From a candidate division WOR-3 bacterium (GTDB lineage Bacteria; Hydrothermota; Hydrothermia; B15-G9; WFZT01): a DNA stretch of 64,000 bases. The stretch lies in contig JALUEE010000078.1 of the NCBI GenBank assembly GCA_027053075.1, positions 1 through 64,000 of the forward strand, given 5' to 3'. The translations under genes were made by a program, and so were the position numbers. The notes under the pieces are model-generated. The model worked only from the letters and a program-made list of their open reading frames with translations, did no database searches and was not told where the DNA came from. Position 1 is the first letter of the stretch. The number at the start of each line of letters is the position of its first letter. Below are positions 46,862 through 57,059 of the stretch, piece after piece.

Positions 46862-48883
46862 ATGGTAAATCTACTTTTTGGCATACACTGCCATCAGCCG
46901 GTGGGTAACTTCGATTACGTTATCAAACACGCCTTCGAGAAATCCTACAAACCTTTCCTCGAGACACTTTACAACTATCCGGATTTCAAGTTTTCCATCC
47001 ATTACACAGGCCCACTTTTAGAATGGATTGAGCAAAATGAGCCTGAATTCTTTGAAATCATCCGCGAAATGGTCAGCAGAAAGCAGGTTGAAATATTTGT
47101 CAGCGGATTCTATGAGCCTGTACTTGCTTCTATTCCGGAAAATGACCGCGAGGCACAGATTCTCATAGCCCGTGAATACGTCATTAGAAAGTTTCATTAC
47201 ATGCCCGATGGCCTATGGCTCACCGAACGGGTCTGGGACCCATCAATCGTGAAATCTCTTATTAAATCTGGCATTAACTACGTTCTCGTCGATGACTTCC
47301 ACTTCCTATCAGCAGGGTTTGACAAAGCTAACCTCCACGGCTATTACCTCACAGAATCTGAAGGGCAAACCCTCGGGATATTCCCGATTGATGAGAAACT
47401 CCGCTATCTAACCCCATTTAGACCGGTTGATGAAACCCTAAAATACCTGAAAGAGCTCCATGAAAGCCAGAAAGAAGCTGCCATCATCTTTGACGATGGG
47501 GAAAAATTTGGTATCTGGCCAGGGACCCACGACTGGGTTTACAAAAAAGGATGGCTCAAAAAATTCATAGAAGGCATACTATCCCTCGAATTTGTCCAGA
47601 CTTCAACATACAGGGAATTTTTTGAATCGCATAAACCCTTAGGAAGAGCCTACCTTCCAACAGCTTCCTATTTTGAGATGAGCGAATGGTCCCTGATGCC
47701 TGAAAAAGCTCTTAAATTCGTGGAATTTGTTAATAGGCTCAAATCCGAAGGCATATTCGAAGAAAACAAAATTTTTGTCCGTGGGGGAATCTGGCAAAAT
47801 TTCCTCGTAAAATACAGCGAAGCCAACAGAATGCACAAAAAGATGGTCTATATTTCCGGAGAGCTCAAGGACACTCCCGTGGAGGAGAAAATCCCCCTCT
47901 ATAGGGCTCAATGTAACGACGCCTACTGGCACGGAATCTTTGGTGGACTTTATCTTCCGCATCTTAGACATGCGAACTATTCAAATCTTCTAAAAGCTGA
48001 GCGAAACCTTCCTGCACCAATCTTTGAGGAAATTGACATTGATTGTGACGGATTTTATGAAATTTACGCGAGGACAAAATTTATCGTCGCGCAGATAAAG
48101 CCATCCTACGGTGGTGCCCTAACAGAGTTTTCCTCCCTCAAACAGGCTCTGAACTTTCAGGACACCCTCATGAGAAGATTTGAGCACTACCACAAGGGGC
48201 TTAAAGAGACACACCATAGTGAGAGTGGAGTGGCCTCCATCCACGAGATGCCAAAAAAGGTTGACAGAAAGAAACTGATTTACGATTGGTCGGAGAAATT
48301 TTCGTTACTTGACCATTTTATAGAGGACTCTCCGGAGGCAAAGAGCCTTGCCCGCGTTGAATTTAAAGAATTGGGAGACTTTGTTAACCAGCCATACGAG
48401 TACTTTATGGAGAAAAACGGGGTGAAGCTTCACCGCTCTGGTGGTGTATTTGATGGGGGAAAACGCCCAATCGAGATTGAAAAGGAAATAACCATACCGC
48501 TCGAGAGACCTGAGGTTATTGCAAAATACAGAATCCCTGGAAGGTCTGGCAATGCAGTTTTTGCCGTGGAATTTAATTTCTCCATGCCTTCTGCCGATTC
48601 AAAAGAATCCCGTATCATCCTGGATGGCAAAATCATTGGCAATTTCCACGACATACTTGATGCGAGGGGACACGAACTCATTTTAGACGACACCGTTTTC
48701 AACACAGCCGTAAAGCTCAGAAGTGAAAGGGAAACAGTTTTCAGGATATTCCCGGTTTATACTGTATCACAATCTGAGAGTGGACTTGATTACACGTATC
48801 AGGAGACGGGGATTTTTATGTTATTTGGTCCGGTTGAAGGGATATTTGAAAATACCATAACTATTTCGATACCTGGAGGATGA
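46862..48883 (+). CDS. GH57 4-alpha-glucanotransferase / alpha-amylase
   Basis: Start moved to MVNLLFG; HCHQPVGN, WLTERVW nucleophile, FDDGEKFG acid/base, AQCNDAYWHG.FGGLY.PHLR, VSQSE.G. Confidence 0.93.
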   Translation: MVNLLFGIHCHQPVGNFDYVIKHAFEKSYKPFLETLYNYPDFKFSIHYTGPLLEWIEQNEPEFFEIIREMVSRKQVEIFVSGFYEPVLASIPENDREAQILIAREYVIRKFHYMPDGLWLTERVWDPSIVKSLIKSGINYVLVDDFHFLSAGFDKANLHGYYLTESEGQTLGIFPIDEKLRYLTPFRPVDETLKYLKELHESQKEAAIIFDDGEKFGIWPGTHDWVYKKGWLKKFIEGILSLEFVQTSTYREFFESHKPLGRAYLPTASYFEMSEWSLMPEKALKFVEFVNRLKSEGIFEENKIFVRGGIWQNFLVKYSEANRMHKKMVYISGELKDTPVEEKIPLYRAQCNDAYWHGIFGGLYLPHLRHANYSNLLKAERNLPAPIFEEIDIDCDGFYEIYARTKFIVAQIKPSYGGALTEFSSLKQALNFQDTLMRRFEHYHKGLKETHHSESGVASIHEMPKKVDRKKLIYDWSEKFSLLDHFIEDSPEAKSLARVEFKELGDFVNQPYEYFMEKNGVKLHRSGGVFDGGKRPIEIEKEITIPLERPEVIAKYRIPGRSGNAVFAVEFNFSMPSADSKESRIILDGKIIGNFHDILDARGHELILDDTVFNTAVKLRSERETVFRIFPVYTVSQSESGLDYTYQETGIFMLFGPVEGIFENTITISIPGG

Positions 48884-48884
48884 A

Positions 48885-49919
48885 ATGCCAGAGTTAAGAT
48901 ATGACCCAATACGCCAGAGATGGACAATAATCTCTATTGAACGAGGCAGGAGACCTCACGAGTATGTTACCGAAAAGGAAGAGGTGAAGAAAGTAGACTC
49001 CTGCCCATTTGATTATGGGAACGAGCAGAGAACTCCGCCTGAGATATATGCCATTTCTGACCAACCGAGGCAGCCAAATACACCTGGCTGGAAGGTCAGA
49101 GTGGTGCCCAATAAGTATCCGGCACTGAGAATCGAGGGAGAGTTAAAAAGGGAAGGAGTTGGCCTCTTTGATGTGGTCTCTGGAATCGGAGCCCATGAAG
49201 TGATCATCGAAACACCTGACCACAACCGTGAAATGAGCGACAGAACCCCTGAGGAGATAGCGCTGGTTTTGAAAGCCTACAAAGAGAGACTCCTTGATCT
49301 GAGAAAGGATACACGATTCAGGTACATCCTGGTCTTTAAAAATCATGGAAAGGATGCAGGGGCATCTCTCTCGCATCCGCATTCACAGTTAATAGCGACG
49401 CCGATTTTCCCGCCCGTGGTTAAAGCAGAGCTCGTAAGCGCACGCGAGTATTATTTGAGGAAAGAACGCTGTATTTTCTGCGACATCATAAAACAGGAGC
49501 TCACATTGAGGGACAGAATCGTATGGGAAAGCGACAAATATGTTTTATGGGAACCATTTGCCTCTTCCTTCCCCTTTGAAACCTGGCTATTCCCCAAATA
49601 CCACTCTCACGATTTTGCACTCCTTCCGGATGAGGAACTCTACGACCTCGCAGTGGCATTAAAGGAGATGCTCGTAAGGATAAAGGCCTTATTAAACGAT
49701 CCTCCGTACAACATGGTGCTTCACACTGCTCCTCCACCCCATCCGAGGCCGGGGCATGCGGATTACTGGGAAACCCTTGAATTTGACTTTCATTGGCATA
49801 TTGAATTGATTCCAAGAATCACAAAAATCGCGGGGTTTGAATGGGGATCAGGTCTTCACATAAATCCAACTCCACCAGAAGAGGCAGCAAAATATTTGAG
49901 AGAAGTAGAGCTAATTTAA
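48885..49919 (+). CDS. galT: Galactose-1-phosphate uridylyltransferase family protein (HIT; may be an ADP-glucose phosphorylase)
   Basis: CPF, NKYPAL, HEVIIE, GASLSHPHSQ, HWHIE..PR. Confidence 0.9.
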   Translation: MPELRYDPIRQRWTIISIERGRRPHEYVTEKEEVKKVDSCPFDYGNEQRTPPEIYAISDQPRQPNTPGWKVRVVPNKYPALRIEGELKREGVGLFDVVSGIGAHEVIIETPDHNREMSDRTPEEIALVLKAYKERLLDLRKDTRFRYILVFKNHGKDAGASLSHPHSQLIATPIFPPVVKAELVSAREYYLRKERCIFCDIIKQELTLRDRIVWESDKYVLWEPFASSFPFETWLFPKYHSHDFALLPDEELYDLAVALKEMLVRIKALLNDPPYNMVLHTAPPPHPRPGHADYWETLEFDFHWHIELIPRITKIAGFEWGSGLHINPTPPEEAAKYLREVELI

Positions 49920-49936
49920 AACGAGGAGGTTTTTCT

Positions 49937-51109
49937 ATGTTAGGAGACCTTATAGGCCACCTTGAGAAGGAGGAGCACAGGATTTTGCGGGACACTGTTG
50001 CCCGCTTTGCAAAGGATAAGATTGCACCAATCGCAGCAAAAATCGACGAAGAGGATTGGTTACCCGAGGAGATATTCAAAGAGATGGGACAGCTCGGCTT
50101 CACAGGGATTATGATTCCAGAGGAATACGGTGGCTTTGGAATAGACCCTCTCTCCGCTGTCATCGTTTTAGAAGAGATTGCGAAGCAAAGCGCCTCTGTT
50201 GCTCTTTCACTTATGGTTACCTCGGTTTTATTTGGTCATAATGTAGCCTATTGGGGGCAAAACGAGGAGCTAAAGAAGAAATACCTGCCAAGGATTGCCT
50301 CTGGTGAGATCATCGGCGCTTATGCACTCACAGAGCCTGATGCGGGCTCCGATTCTGTTAGTATTAAAACCCGCGCTGAAAGGAAGGGGGACTACTTTAT
50401 TGTCAATGGTCAGAAGATGTTCATCACCAACGCACCTGTTGCCGATGTTTTCTATGTTTTTGTCTATACTGACCCATCCAAGAAAAAAGAGGGCATGAGT
50501 GTGCTACTGATTGACAGGGATATGGAAGGGGTGACAATTGCGAAAAAACTCGAAAAAATGGGTATGCGCGGCTCTCCCACAGGCCTCATCTTCTTTGAAG
50601 ACGTCAAAGTACCTGTTTCAAATATTATCGGAACAGAAGGTATGGGATACCCTCAGATGTTGAAAAGCCTTGAAATCGAGAGAATGGTAATTTCTGCCAT
50701 TTCCACAGGTGTTTCTCTTGCTGCACTCGACTGGATGGTGAGGTACGCAAATGAGAGGAAACAGTTCGGGAAACCTATAGGTCAGTTTGAAATGATAATG
50801 AAAAAAATAGCCGATGCTGGTGCCCAGCTTGATGCTGTAAGAACCTATCTCTATACCTACGCAGCAACCTATGATGAAGAGAGGGACAACAGATTCGAAT
50901 CAGCATCAGTCAAATTCCTGGCCTCCGAGACAGCGGTGAAGATTACTCTCGATGCCATACAGGTACTTGGTGGATATGGTTACACCAAAGAGTATCCGGT
51001 TGAAAGATACATGAGGGATGCGAAGCTCCTTGATATCGGCTCCGGAACCTCTGAAATTATGCGCTTTGTAGCGGCAAAATCCCTGCTCAAGGCCGGAAAG
51101 ATTATCTAA
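49937..51109 (+). CDS. Acyl-CoA dehydrogenase (isovaleryl-CoA-like)
   Basis: Start moved to MLGDL (GAGGAGG SD); ALTEPDAGSD, KMFITNAP, KMGMRGSPT, GGYGY...VERYMRDAK. Confidence 0.93.
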   Translation: MLGDLIGHLEKEEHRILRDTVARFAKDKIAPIAAKIDEEDWLPEEIFKEMGQLGFTGIMIPEEYGGFGIDPLSAVIVLEEIAKQSASVALSLMVTSVLFGHNVAYWGQNEELKKKYLPRIASGEIIGAYALTEPDAGSDSVSIKTRAERKGDYFIVNGQKMFITNAPVADVFYVFVYTDPSKKKEGMSVLLIDRDMEGVTIAKKLEKMGMRGSPTGLIFFEDVKVPVSNIIGTEGMGYPQMLKSLEIERMVISAISTGVSLAALDWMVRYANERKQFGKPIGQFEMIMKKIADAGAQLDAVRTYLYTYAATYDEERDNRFESASVKFLASETAVKITLDAIQVLGGYGYTKEYPVERYMRDAKLLDIGSGTSEIMRFVAAKSLLKAGKII

Positions 51110-51244
51110 CCGGGGAGTTTTTAAAAACTAAATCTATTTGAAACTTTGCTTCTTTCAGCACATCTTTTTGCGGAAGGGTTTATATGGAAAAATTTCCTCA
51201 AAAATGGGGATTTCTGAATTTTAAGAACAGGATTTCCAAAGGGT

Positions 51245-51368
51245 GAGCTGTTTAGAAAAAATTCAGAAGTTAGTAGATTTATAAAATGAATTCCCCCCAC
51301 CTGTCTCCTCCCCCCACGCACAAAGTGCGTGGGGGGAGGATGGGAAGGGGGCATTTTCGAACACTTTT
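51245..51368. mobile_element. MITE-like element (124 bp) with degenerate TIRs, 9-bp target duplication and internal hairpin
   Basis: GAGCTGTTTAGAAAA / AAAAGTGTTCGAAAA; CCAAAGGGT at 51236-51244 and 51369-51377; core matches the 46354-46417 copy inverted. Confidence 0.8.
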
Positions 51369-51427
51369 CCAAAGGGTTTTAAATAAACTCCCAGAGTCGT
51401 ATAATTGTCAAAAATGGGAGGTGTGAA

Positions 51428-53662
51428 ATGATAGAAATTGTGTTATCGGTCATTTTAGCATTCAATCCTTCGGTAAACAACTGGCAATGGAACTCCATCG
51501 GTCCTGATGGGGGTACAGTTCTGTCCATTGCCTCCAACTCAGACGGGACAAATCTTCTGGCTGTTACAATTGGAGCGGTGTGGAAATTTAATGGTTCAAG
51601 CTGGTCAACCGTATTTCCAATCTCAGGTCCCGGTACTATTCTCAATACCGGCCAGGATAGTTTCTGTTTGATTATCTCAGACGACTCTACTCTTGTCTAC
51701 ACTTCATCTGATGGAGGTAATACCTGGACCCAAACCTACTCCTCAGACCGTTGGTTTGCGGGAGCTTCCAACGTGAATTCGCATTATGTGTATATCGCAA
51801 ATGGAGACTCGGTATACATTTCTTCAGACGGTGGGAATACCTGGACAAGTGTCCCCAGACCGATAAATTCATCAAACAACATAAACTTAAATGGATGCCG
51901 AATCTCGTACTCCCCCAACTTTCCCTCAGTTGTTTTTATGGCAGTATCCGGCGATAGCATGGGAAACCCAATGCTCTGGCTCTTTAAATCCAGTAACTAT
52001 GGTCAGAGCTGGTCACTTGTTTTTAATGATACCATCATAAGCGAAATTGACGCATTCCTCGTAGACCCTGATGACACTAATAGATTATTCATCGGGGCAG
52101 GAATTGGAGAAGATAATTCCATTCCAGGAATATATGTTTCCACTGATGGAGGAGCAACCTGGACACCAACAATTGCATCCATTCAGGCGGGTATAATTTT
52201 CCCGAGTGATCTAAAGATGTATAACGACACACTATATGTCGCTTCCCTTATAAACCCAGGAATATATAAAGGATTCCAGGTAGCGGGTTTATGGTATTTC
52301 AACGCTTTATCCACAGACTATATCACTTACTCTCTTGATATAACTTCGAATGGTACAATGTATGCTGGGATCAGTGGCGGGGTGATGCAATCATCTGATA
52401 GAGCAAACTTCCAGGATATAACTCAGGGACTTCGAGCAGTTTATACACCTTACACACACGGAGTTATTGGAACTTACTACTCAGTCGAGGCCAATGGGTA
52501 CATTTACATGATTGATGGAGTATTTACAGCGGAGTGGACTGGTCCTGTTTTCACAAATGTCCTTTATTACAGCTCCAATGGCGGTAACACATGGTCAAAG
52601 CGGTTCTTGCCAGGAATAATCATGCCGGTCGGGGTACAAACTTCACCTACAAACCCATCTGTTGTCTATCTTTCGGGACTCGGATACAACTTTGATCCAA
52701 CAGGTAACTTCCGACTCCATTCCATTTACAAAAGTACCGATTATGGAGCCACTTTCACCGCAATGGACCCTGGATTCACAATAGATAGTTTAGCATATTT
52801 CTACGACGTTACATGGGTCTCACCTTCAGACCCCAACAGAATTATTGTCAAAGCCTACACATTTGATAAAAATGGCCCGAAGCCAGGAGGCGCCTCATTG
52901 CTCCTCTCAACTGATGGTGGTGCCTCGTTCAGCGCTATCCTGCCAAACTTTGTGCCATTGAGGGTAGTGGGAACTGACACAGTGTATGCGGCAGGATATA
53001 ATCCAACCCCCACAATCCTCATAAGCCGAGACGGCGGAGATAACTGGAATCTCTTTACCATCCCTCCAGGAGTGGTCAACGATATGGCCATCGAAAACGG
53101 CTATCTCTACTACTGTTTCAACGGTCAAAATGGTCTTATGGTGGAGAGATCCTCTAATGGGGTAACAATTGATACTCTTTGGTCTTTTAGCATTTACACC
53201 GATTTTGCGAAGCTCGTAACCAACGGAAATGATGTGTTTGTAAGTTTCAAGACTTATCAAGAAGCTGAGCAATTCGTTTATCATTACAAAAATTCAAACT
53301 GGTCGGCCGACACCGTTGATTTTACAGTGGGAGGCCTCATGCTATCTGACACATCATTGATGGCGTTTACAGCGGGAAGGAGCATCTACTCGAGCACAGA
53401 AGCACTGACAGGGGTTGGTGAATCCGCTCCCATCGGCTACACAAAACATGTAAAAATCCTCTATACAGCAAAGGGACCGGAAATGTTTGTTAGCACGAAT
53501 TCTCCGTACAAACTCAGGGTTTACGACGCCACCGGAAGGGAAATACTGGATAAGAAGGTTATGAGTCATAGGGTGATTATGAATTTTAGGCCCGGGGTAT
53601 ATTTCTATCGGGTGGAGAGCAGCAAACTTCGTGAGACGGGAAAATTTGTGATTTTTAGGTAA
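51428..53662 (+). CDS. Secreted BNR/Asp-box (Vps10/YCF48-like) propeller protein with T9SS-like CTD
   Basis: WNSIGPDGG start; about 8 SxDGGxTW-type repeats; GVGE linker and VYDATGR...PGVYFY CTD. Confidence 0.87.
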   Translation: MIEIVLSVILAFNPSVNNWQWNSIGPDGGTVLSIASNSDGTNLLAVTIGAVWKFNGSSWSTVFPISGPGTILNTGQDSFCLIISDDSTLVYTSSDGGNTWTQTYSSDRWFAGASNVNSHYVYIANGDSVYISSDGGNTWTSVPRPINSSNNINLNGCRISYSPNFPSVVFMAVSGDSMGNPMLWLFKSSNYGQSWSLVFNDTIISEIDAFLVDPDDTNRLFIGAGIGEDNSIPGIYVSTDGGATWTPTIASIQAGIIFPSDLKMYNDTLYVASLINPGIYKGFQVAGLWYFNALSTDYITYSLDITSNGTMYAGISGGVMQSSDRANFQDITQGLRAVYTPYTHGVIGTYYSVEANGYIYMIDGVFTAEWTGPVFTNVLYYSSNGGNTWSKRFLPGIIMPVGVQTSPTNPSVVYLSGLGYNFDPTGNFRLHSIYKSTDYGATFTAMDPGFTIDSLAYFYDVTWVSPSDPNRIIVKAYTFDKNGPKPGGASLLLSTDGGASFSAILPNFVPLRVVGTDTVYAAGYNPTPTILISRDGGDNWNLFTIPPGVVNDMAIENGYLYYCFNGQNGLMVERSSNGVTIDTLWSFSIYTDFAKLVTNGNDVFVSFKTYQEAEQFVYHYKNSNWSADTVDFTVGGLMLSDTSLMAFTAGRSIYSSTEALTGVGESAPIGYTKHVKILYTAKGPEMFVSTNSPYKLRVYDATGREILDKKVMSHRVIMNFRPGVYFYRVESSKLRETGKFVIFR

Positions 53663-53672
53663 AATAAAAATG

Positions 53673-53705
53673 TGTGGGGGCGGGCGCAAAGCGCCCGCCC
53701 CCACA
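53673..53705. terminator. Hairpin between convergent genes
   Basis: TGTGGGGGCGGGCGC-AAA-GCGCCCGCCCCCACA with A/T tracts on both sides. Confidence 0.75.
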
Positions 53706-53772
53706 TTTAATATCCTGCTATCTTAGAAGTTTGGTACTCCTAACATCCTGAGAACACCAATTATATCGTTCA

Positions 53773-54975
53773 TTACCATGTTGAGGGTATTCTTATTGTG
53801 AATTTCAATCCATTGCCAGGATTGCCTTTTACATCTATTTCCCCACCGTGAGCTTCTACGATTTTTTTAACAAGATACAGCCCAAGTCCAAGTCCCCGGG
53901 TTTTGGTGGTATAAAACATATCAAAAATATGCGTAAGTGCTTCTTCACTCATTCCACTGCCATTATCTGAAATCTCCAGAATAAAGCTATGTCCCCTCCT
54001 TTTTACATCTACCCTTATTTCCGTAGCATCTGCTTCAATAGCGTTTTTAAAAATGTTATAGAGCACCTGTTCCATCCAGTGCGGATCGCAAAAAACATCT
54101 GTTTCCTCATTGACTTTCACGCTGATATTTCTCGCAAGTTCAGCCTGTAATCCAGAAACAACCTTATCTATCAGTTCACTCAATTTACAATTTGCCAGTT
54201 TCAACTTGATGTGACGCGATACATTTCTGAAATCGTTAACAATGGAAATCAACCTCTTAGTTTCATTTCTTATCATCTCGGTAAACCTGTCTCTCCCACA
54301 TTTTGACTCAATCATCTGGAGAGCAAGATGGATAGTATTTAATGGATTTTTTATTTCATGAGCGATAAGGGAGGAGAACGATGAAAGTTCCTGAAATCTC
54401 TTTTTCTCAGCTTCTTCCTCTTTTATTCTTGCCTCCATTCTTACAATTCTTTCGTGAAATTTTAGTATTCCAACGAGGGCTATAAGGAAGATCAGGGTGG
54501 AGAAAAAAACGAGTGTCAGACCAGTCCTCTTCTGCTTTTTGAGTAATACGTCAAGGAATTTTAGGGAGTATCCTCCCACAAGAGATGAATGTCTCCCAAG
54601 ATTAACCTTAAATTCGAGGATGTCGTGGTCGATGGTTTTTACAATCCTCAAGGAATCGCTTATCCCCGGCTCTATAGGGAGGAAATAATCATATTTTGAT
54701 TGCCAGTAAACCACACTGTCACCGATCATGTAAGCAAGATAGTCAAATTCTCCTTCTTTTGTTAGTTTATCGATTACTCTCGATATATCTTCCAGTTTCA
54801 AGTCTCGATGACATGAAAACACTGTAAAAGTTTGCTTTATCCCTGAAATGTAGTTTCTTGCGATTTTTAGATAAGCATTTCTTGTGGACGTGTAATTTCT
54901 GAAGAAAATGAAGCCCACAAGGGAGACGAAGAGAATGTAAACAAGGAGTATCAGGAGGCCGAATCGCTTAGCCAT
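53773..54975 (-). CDS. Membrane sensor histidine kinase (ZraS/AtoS-like)
   Basis: Two TM segments; H-box AHEIKNPL; N-box NIFKNAIEA; DNGSG; GLGLGL. Confidence 0.93.
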   Translation of the reverse strand: MAKRFGLLILLVYILFVSLVGFIFFRNYTSTRNAYLKIARNYISGIKQTFTVFSCHRDLKLEDISRVIDKLTKEGEFDYLAYMIGDSVVYWQSKYDYFLPIEPGISDSLRIVKTIDHDILEFKVNLGRHSSLVGGYSLKFLDVLLKKQKRTGLTLVFFSTLIFLIALVGILKFHERIVRMEARIKEEEAEKKRFQELSSFSSLIAHEIKNPLNTIHLALQMIESKCGRDRFTEMIRNETKRLISIVNDFRNVSRHIKLKLANCKLSELIDKVVSGLQAELARNISVKVNEETDVFCDPHWMEQVLYNIFKNAIEADATEIRVDVKRRGHSFILEISDNGSGMSEEALTHIFDMFYTTKTRGLGLGLYLVKKIVEAHGGEIDVKGNPGNGLKFTIRIPSTW

Positions 54976-55358
54976 TATCGTCTTCCGTGCCGGCCTCTCC
55001 TTTGTTTAAAGCCATGTCCCCGCCACACGGGAAAGCCGTTTGGGTCACGTAGAGTCAGTTTTTTCTTCAGAGTTTTATCGTTAATTTTCCCTGCGATTAT
55101 TATGTTGTTGTGAATACTACCATAAATTTCCACCGTGTCTCCGGTACGTGGAAGCCACGGCATTCCAAATCGTGGCCCAAGGAGTACCTCAAAAGTATCC
55201 TTTTTTTCAGTAACAATGTCCATTCTTATAGGCCATGCTGTGTCGTGCACAGCATCAACCACCCCTCCTACAGTCTTCAAACTCTTGAGATTATAGTACA
55301 ATCTCTGCCCCCCTGGTTGGGCAAATAATGTGAACGTTAACAGTAAACTAAGAATCAT
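54975..55358 (-). CDS. Exported OB-fold protein
   Basis: Start moved to MILSLL (overlaps the upstream stop); TVGGVV...VLLGP...GDTVEIYGS...LRDPNGFPVW; Arg/Gly-rich tail. Confidence 0.7.
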   Translation of the reverse strand: MILSLLLTFTLFAQPGGQRLYYNLKSLKTVGGVVDAVHDTAWPIRMDIVTEKKDTFEVLLGPRFGMPWLPRTGDTVEIYGSIHNNIIIAGKINDKTLKKKLTLRDPNGFPVWRGHGFKQRRGRHGRR

Positions 55359-56176
55359 TTTTGCAGCTCCTCCCATATTTCGTATGGGGTTTTCCCTATT
55401 TTATCCGAAAATTCACGCAAAGTCATGTTCTTATCCATCTTTACCCCATACTTTAAAAATAGACTTTTGACCTTCTTTTCACTTACACCTTGCCTCTCAA
55501 TCAGTTCCTCAAAAGTCATCCTGCCGAGTCCCATTATCTGTTTACCGGAAAATCTTTCCTTTAGAAGATCATAAATATGCTCGGGAGAAGTTGAGTTTTT
55601 AGCTGCTATGTCTTTTAATTTTTCGTCAACGCTTTGTACCTTTATTCCTCTATTATTCAGATATTTGAGGGCAATTTCTGGATCACCTTTCAAATCTTCC
55701 ACCACTTTTTTCAGAGAATAAAGTTCCATGTGAGGAATCGGTGGAGACTGGAGTTTCTTCTCCCATGAATTCTTGAAGTAATCCCCGATATCCATAACAG
55801 TTTTGAAAGGTGGAACGTTTCCTGCCGACCCAACTATGATTACGACGGTCAAAACTGTAGCAACTGCGAGCTCCTTTTTCAGATAAAATGCATGCTTTGC
55901 CTTTCTGTACACGTAGTTATAAAGAGATTTCCAGTTGTAGTAAATGTGGAAGATAGCGAATATCAAAAACGCGTATCCAAGGTTTGTATGCAATGATTCC
56001 CACTGGGTTTTTGTGAGACCCAGTAGTTTCCAGTTTGTCCATTGTGCAATTCTCCCAGGTGGCACGATGTATAGGATGATCCCTGAAAAAACGAGACCAA
56101 TAAATGAGAGTGCCATCAGAAATGCTACGAATCCACGAGAATGCCACTTCTTTTCTTTCCTCTTTACTGCTGTCAT
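55355..56176 (-). CDS. DUF4405-domain membrane protein
   Basis: Start moved to MTAVK (AGGAGG SD); SGIILYIVP.G, LGL.K.QW..LH, HIYYNWK. Confidence 0.85.
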   Translation of the reverse strand: MTAVKRKEKKWHSRGFVAFLMALSFIGLVFSGIILYIVPPGRIAQWTNWKLLGLTKTQWESLHTNLGYAFLIFAIFHIYYNWKSLYNYVYRKAKHAFYLKKELAVATVLTVVIIVGSAGNVPPFKTVMDIGDYFKNSWEKKLQSPPIPHMELYSLKKVVEDLKGDPEIALKYLNNRGIKVQSVDEKLKDIAAKNSTSPEHIYDLLKERFSGKQIMGLGRMTFEELIERQGVSEKKVKSLFLKYGVKMDKNMTLREFSDKIGKTPYEIWEELQK

Positions 56177-56246
56177 TTTTAGAACCTCCTGTGTGTAACG
56201 TCCAGTGGGCTTAAAGCTATACAGAGTTCCCGGCTGAATTCCAGGG

Positions 56247-56275
56247 GGGGGCGTGCCCCTGCGGGGCACGCCCCC
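56247..56275. other. Intra-operon hairpin
   Basis: GGGGGCGTGCCCC-TGC-GGGGCACGCCCCC. Confidence 0.65.
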
Positions 56276-56287
56276 TGATTCCTGTTT

Positions 56288-56962
56288 TTATCTTGCTCTC
56301 CCACGATATCTAAATCTACTTCTTCCGTTTGAACCCGAAATAATCCCGTCAAATCTCTCCTGTGAAATATACTGAGGAGAGTATGTGCCACCATTCCTTA
56401 AAATCTGTCTATAAAATGCCCTCATGTGGTTCTCTGAACCATTAACAAGGTGTGTGTAAACCCTGATCACGTCAGAATTGACGGCAATATTTGCGAGGGC
56501 CTCATCCAGATCGTAAATATCAAGGTCTTCAATGGTTGCTCCCACCACGAGGGCGTCAAGTAACGACCTGCTCCCCTGTTCCACAAGTCTCTGGTAGAGA
56601 GCCGTTAAATTTGGATCCTGGAAGAATCCAATCGAGTCATTTGTTACGGGATCAGCAATTCCATATCTGTCAAGTAATGTTTTTACTGCATTTGTGTGTC
56701 TCTGCTCACTCGAGGCAATGTTATTGAATATTCTTGCTCCCCATCTTTGGTATAGAGTGAGGTACACGTCTCTTGCAAGCTTTTCTTCCTGTCTCATGTG
56801 TATGAGACTCTGGATTTCATCCTGGGTCAAATCAGTTGTCGTGGGTTGAACAGCAGTGGTCTGTGCCACTGGATCATTCATGGAAATAGCTGATGATTGA
56901 CCGCAGGCAGTGAATGCAAATACAGAACCTACTATTATAGTTAGTGCTAACAATCTTCTCAT
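56288..56962 (-). CDS. DUF2202 ferritin-like lipoprotein
   Basis: Lipobox FTAC; MRQEEKLARDVY, IASSEQRH, IEDLDI.DL, GSENHMRAF. Confidence 0.9.
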   Translation of the reverse strand: MRRLLALTIIVGSVFAFTACGQSSAISMNDPVAQTTAVQPTTTDLTQDEIQSLIHMRQEEKLARDVYLTLYQRWGARIFNNIASSEQRHTNAVKTLLDRYGIADPVTNDSIGFFQDPNLTALYQRLVEQGSRSLLDALVVGATIEDLDIYDLDEALANIAVNSDVIRVYTHLVNGSENHMRAFYRQILRNGGTYSPQYISQERFDGIISGSNGRSRFRYRGRAR

Positions 56963-57023
56963 ATTAACAACCTCCTTTTTAAAATTTTTTATTTTTCATT
57001 AAAAATCAAAGTTTTTTGACTTT

Positions 57024-57056
57024 GTGTGTGGCGGCCTTAAAAAGGCCGCCACACAC
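57024..57056. other. Intra-operon hairpin
   Basis: GTGTGTGGCGGCCTT-AAA-AAGGCCGCCACACAC. Confidence 0.65.
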
Positions 57057-57059
57057 GCC

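Noticed and set aside
53723..53773. 16-codon ORF (MNDIIGVLRMLGVPNF) coupled by TAATG to the kinase stop
   Set aside because: Too short to support from sequence alone
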